DNA of 7,457 nucleotides from a virus (Duplodnaviria; Heunggongvirae; Uroviricota; Caudoviricetes): IMG/VR virus record IMGVR_UViG_2690316345_000012, positions 1 to 7,457 of that record; one strand, 5' to 3'. Shown piece by piece: positions 4,704 to 7,457 of this stretch (position 1 is its first letter; each line of letters starts with the position of its first letter). The notes under the pieces were generated by a model. It saw only the letters and a program-made list of their open reading frames with translations, ran no database searches and was not told where the DNA came from. The position numbers and the translations under genes were made by a program.

Positions 4704-7457
4704 ATGGGTAAAGGTGGCGGCAGGGCGCACACGCCGGTTGAGGCAAAGGACAATCTTAAGTCCACGCAGATGATGAGCGTGATTGATGCCATTGGTGAAG
4801 GGCCGATTGAAGGTCCGGTGAAGGGGTTGCAGAGTATCCTGGTGAACAAAACTCCGCTGACGGACACGGACGGTAATCCTGTGATACATGGTGTGACAGC
4901 GGTCTGGCGCGCCGGGGAGCAGGAGCAGACACCACCTGAAGGCTTTGAGTCTTCCGGAGCTGAAACCGCACTGGGCGTGGAAGTGACGAAGGCAAAGCCG
5001 GTGACGCGCACCATTACGTCCGCGAATATTGACCGCCTGCGGGTCACCTTCGGGGTGCAGTCACTGTTGGAGACCACCTCAAAGGGCGACCGTAATCCCT
5101 CTTCTGTCCGACTGCTGATTCAGTTGCAGCGTAACGGTAACTGGGTGACGGAAAATGATGTCACCATTAACGGCAAGACCACCTCGCAGTTTCTGGCGTC
5201 GGTGATTCTGGATAATCTGCCTCCCCGTCCTTTTAACATCCGGATGGTCCGGGAGACGGCGGACAGCACCTCGGACCAGCTGCAGAATAAGACGCTCTGG
5301 TCGTCATACACCGAAATCATCGATGTGAAACAGTGCTACCCGAACACGGCGATTGTGGGGCTGCAGGTGGATGCGGAGCAGTTTGGTGGCCAGCAGATGA
5401 CGGTGAACTACCATATCCGCGGTCGCATCATTCAGGTACCGTCAAACTATGACCCGGAAAAACGCACTTACAGCGGTATCTGGGACGGCAGCCTGAAACC
5501 GGCATACAGCAATAACCCGGCCTGGTGCCTGTGGGACATGCTGACTCACCCGCGCTACGGGATGGGAAAACGTCTGGGGGCGGCGGATGTGGACAAATGG
5601 GCGCTGTATGCCATTGCGCAGTACTGCGACCAGACGGTGCCGGATGGTTTCGGGGGCACAGAGCCGCGGATGACCTTTAATGCATACCTGTCACAACAGC
5701 GTAAGGCGTGGGACGTCCTCAGTGATTTCTGCTCGGCGATGCGCTGTATGCCGGTATGGAACGGCCAGACGCTGACGTTCGTTCAGGACCGCCCGTCGGA
5801 TGTGGTGTGGCCGTACACCAACAGCGATGTGGTGGTGGATGATAACGGCGTGGGGTTTCGCTACAGCTTCAGCGCCCTGAAGGACCGCCACACGGCGGTG
5901 GAGGTGAATTACACCGACCCGCAGAACGGCTGGCAGACCTCCACGGAACTGGTGGAAGACCCGGAAGCCATACTGCGCTACGGGCGCAACCTGCTGAAGA
6001 TGGATGCGTTTGGCTGCACCAGTCGCGGTCAGGCCCACCGTGCCGGGCTGTGGGTGATAAAGACCGGACTGCTGGAAACGCAGACGGTGGATTTCACGCT
6101 CGGGTCACAGGGGCTGCGTCACACACCCGGTGACATTATTGAAATCTGTGATAACGACTATGCCGGGACCATGACCGGCGGACGTGTCCTGTCCATTGAT
6201 GCCGCCAGCCGCACCCTGACACTGGACCGTGAGGTGACCCTGCCGGAGACAGGTGCCGCCACGGTGAACCTGATTAACGGTGGCGGTAAGCCGGTGAGCG
6301 TGGCCATCACTGCACACCCCGCGCCGGACCGGATACAGGTCAGTACCCTGCCGGATGGTGTGGATACATACGGTGTGTGGGGGCTTTCCCTGCCGTCACT
6401 GCGTCGTCGCCTGTTTCGCTGTGTCTGCATCCGGGAAAACACGGACGGCACTTTTGCCATCACGGCAGTGCAGCATGTGCCGGAAAAAGAAGCCATCGTG
6501 GATAACGGGGCCAGCTTTGAGCCGCAGTCAGGCACCCTGAGCAGCGTTATTCCACCGGCAGTGCAGCACCTGACGGTGGAGGTGAGCGCGGCTGACGGTC
6601 AGTATCTGGCACAGGCGAAATGGGACACGCCGCGGGTGGTGAAGGGTGTGCGCTTCAGTCTGCGCCTGACCAGCGGAAGCGGAGAAGACAGCCGTCTGGT
6701 GACCACCGCCATCACCGCGGATACAGAGCACCGTTTCAGCGGTCTGCCGCCGGGGGAATACACCCTGACGGTCAGGGCGATTAACAGTTATGGCCAGCAG
6801 GGCGAACCGGCCACCACCACGTTCAGGATTTACGCACCTGCGGCACCCGCCTCGATTGAGCTGACACCGGGCTATTTTCAGATAACAGCGGTCCCGCGTC
6901 TTGCGGTGTATGACCCGACGGTACAGTTTGAGTTCTGGTTTTCGGAGACAAAAATCGCAGATACATCTCAGGTGGAAACCTCTGCCCGTTATCTGGGGAC
7001 CGGCAGTCAGTGGAGTGTATCCGGCCCGCACATTAAGCCCGGGAAGGATTTCTGGTTTTACGTGCGCAGCGTCAACCTGGTGGGGAAATCTGCTTTTGTG
7101 GAAGCCAGTGGCCGGGCCAGCAATGATGCAGAAGGGTATCTGGGGCTGTTTCGGGAAAAAATAGGAAAACTGCATCTGGCTCAGGGGCTGTGGGAGCTGA
7201 TAGACAACAGCCAGCTTGCGGATGAGATGGCGGAGATGAAGACCACCATCACAGAAACCCGCAATGAAATCACACAGACGGTCAGTAAAACGCTGGAGGA
7301 CCAGAGCGCCACCATACAGCAGATACAGCGCGTGCAGAAGGACACAAATGATGACCTTGCTGCACTTTACATGCTGAAGGTACAGAAAACAAAAAATGGC
7401 ATACCCTATGTTGCCGGTATTGGAGCGGGGATTGAGGATACTGATGGCCAGCCCCTG
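4704..7457 (+). CDS. J: Host specificity protein / central tail fibre J, N-terminal 918 codons (3-prime partial, runs off the window)
   Basis: Open frame from ATG 4704 to the window end with no stop (918 codons). The translation begins [38 protein letters not shown]... and keeps lambda gpJ landmark stretches ([155 protein letters not shown]). It is not listed in the ORF track only because it lacks a stop within the window. Confidence 0.93.
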   Translation, partial: MGKGGGRAHTPVEAKDNLKSTQMMSVIDAIGEGPIEGPVKGLQSILVNKTPLTDTDGNPVIHGVTAVWRAGEQEQTPPEGFESSGAETALGVEVTKAKPVTRTITSANIDRLRVTFGVQSLLETTSKGDRNPSSVRLLIQLQRNGNWVTENDVTINGKTTSQFLASVILDNLPPRPFNIRMVRETADSTSDQLQNKTLWSSYTEIIDVKQCYPNTAIVGLQVDAEQFGGQQMTVNYHIRGRIIQVPSNYDPEKRTYSGIWDGSLKPAYSNNPAWCLWDMLTHPRYGMGKRLGAADVDKWALYAIAQYCDQTVPDGFGGTEPRMTFNAYLSQQRKAWDVLSDFCSAMRCMPVWNGQTLTFVQDRPSDVVWPYTNSDVVVDDNGVGFRYSFSALKDRHTAVEVNYTDPQNGWQTSTELVEDPEAILRYGRNLLKMDAFGCTSRGQAHRAGLWVIKTGLLETQTVDFTLGSQGLRHTPGDIIEICDNDYAGTMTGGRVLSIDAASRTLTLDREVTLPETGAATVNLINGGGKPVSVAITAHPAPDRIQVSTLPDGVDTYGVWGLSLPSLRRRLFRCVCIRENTDGTFAITAVQHVPEKEAIVDNGASFEPQSGTLSSVIPPAVQHLTVEVSAADGQYLAQAKWDTPRVVKGVRFSLRLTSGSGEDSRLVTTAITADTEHRFSGLPPGEYTLTVRAINSYGQQGEPATTTFRIYAPAAPASIELTPGYFQITAVPRLAVYDPTVQFEFWFSETKIADTSQVETSARYLGTGSQWSVSGPHIKPGKDFWFYVRSVNLVGKSAFVEASGRASNDAEGYLGLFREKIGKLHLAQGLWELIDNSQLADEMAEMKTTITETRNEITQTVSKTLEDQSATIQQIQRVQKDTNDDLAALYMLKVQKTKNGIPYVAGIGAGIEDTDGQPL

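Noticed and set aside
4043-5077. 344-aa minus-strand ORF from the six-frame track
   Set aside because: Only the last 175 codons (4043-4570) are sodC, with a good Shine-Dalgarno and signal peptide at the internal Met. The upstream 169 codons run antisense through the intergenic region and the start of J, and have no protein-like character.
6528-7175. 215-aa minus-strand ORF and several 60-125 aa ORFs inside J (5691..6038, 6105..6317, 6158..6535)
   Set aside because: Antisense or out-of-frame overlaps within the strongly supported J reading frame; no independent signals.
1-7457. Search for a novel defence or other undescribed system (CRISPR repeats, toxin-antitoxin pairs, unexplained large ORFs, nuclease/ATPase genes, tRNA or integration hallmarks)
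   Set aside because: None found. Every ORF of meaningful size is explained by lambda-type tail genes or sodC, and the only non-coding stretches (3853-4042, 4571-4703) are short and consistent with the terminator and promoter flanks of sodC. No periodic repeats were visible by eye.

Overview
This window is the tail-tip assembly module of a lambda-like (lambdoid) siphovirus or prophage, carrying one reverse-oriented cargo gene. I do not see a novel or undescribed system here; everything is explained by lambda-family tail genes plus a known type of moron. All identifications rest on reading the translations against remembered lambda and SodC protein sequences, since no database search was possible. 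Gene order on the + strand: the 3-prime ~500 codons of the tape measure gene H (runs off the left edge), then M, L, K and I, each start-stop overlapping or tightly packed, then a ~850 bp insertion, then the first 918 codons of the host-specificity/central tail fibre gene J (runs off the right edge). The insertion between I and J carries a complete periplasmic Cu,Zn superoxide dismutase gene (sodC family, 175 aa) on the minus strand, with its own Shine-Dalgarno, AT-rich upstream region and candidate terminators. This matches the described prophage-borne sodC genes of Salmonella Gifsy-2 (sodCI) and of E. coli O157:H7 lambdoid prophages. H, M, L, K and I look nearly lambda-identical at protein level, while J looks more diverged, suggesting a mosaic joint near the insertion. 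No tRNA, rRNA, CRISPR array, transposase or integrase is visible.
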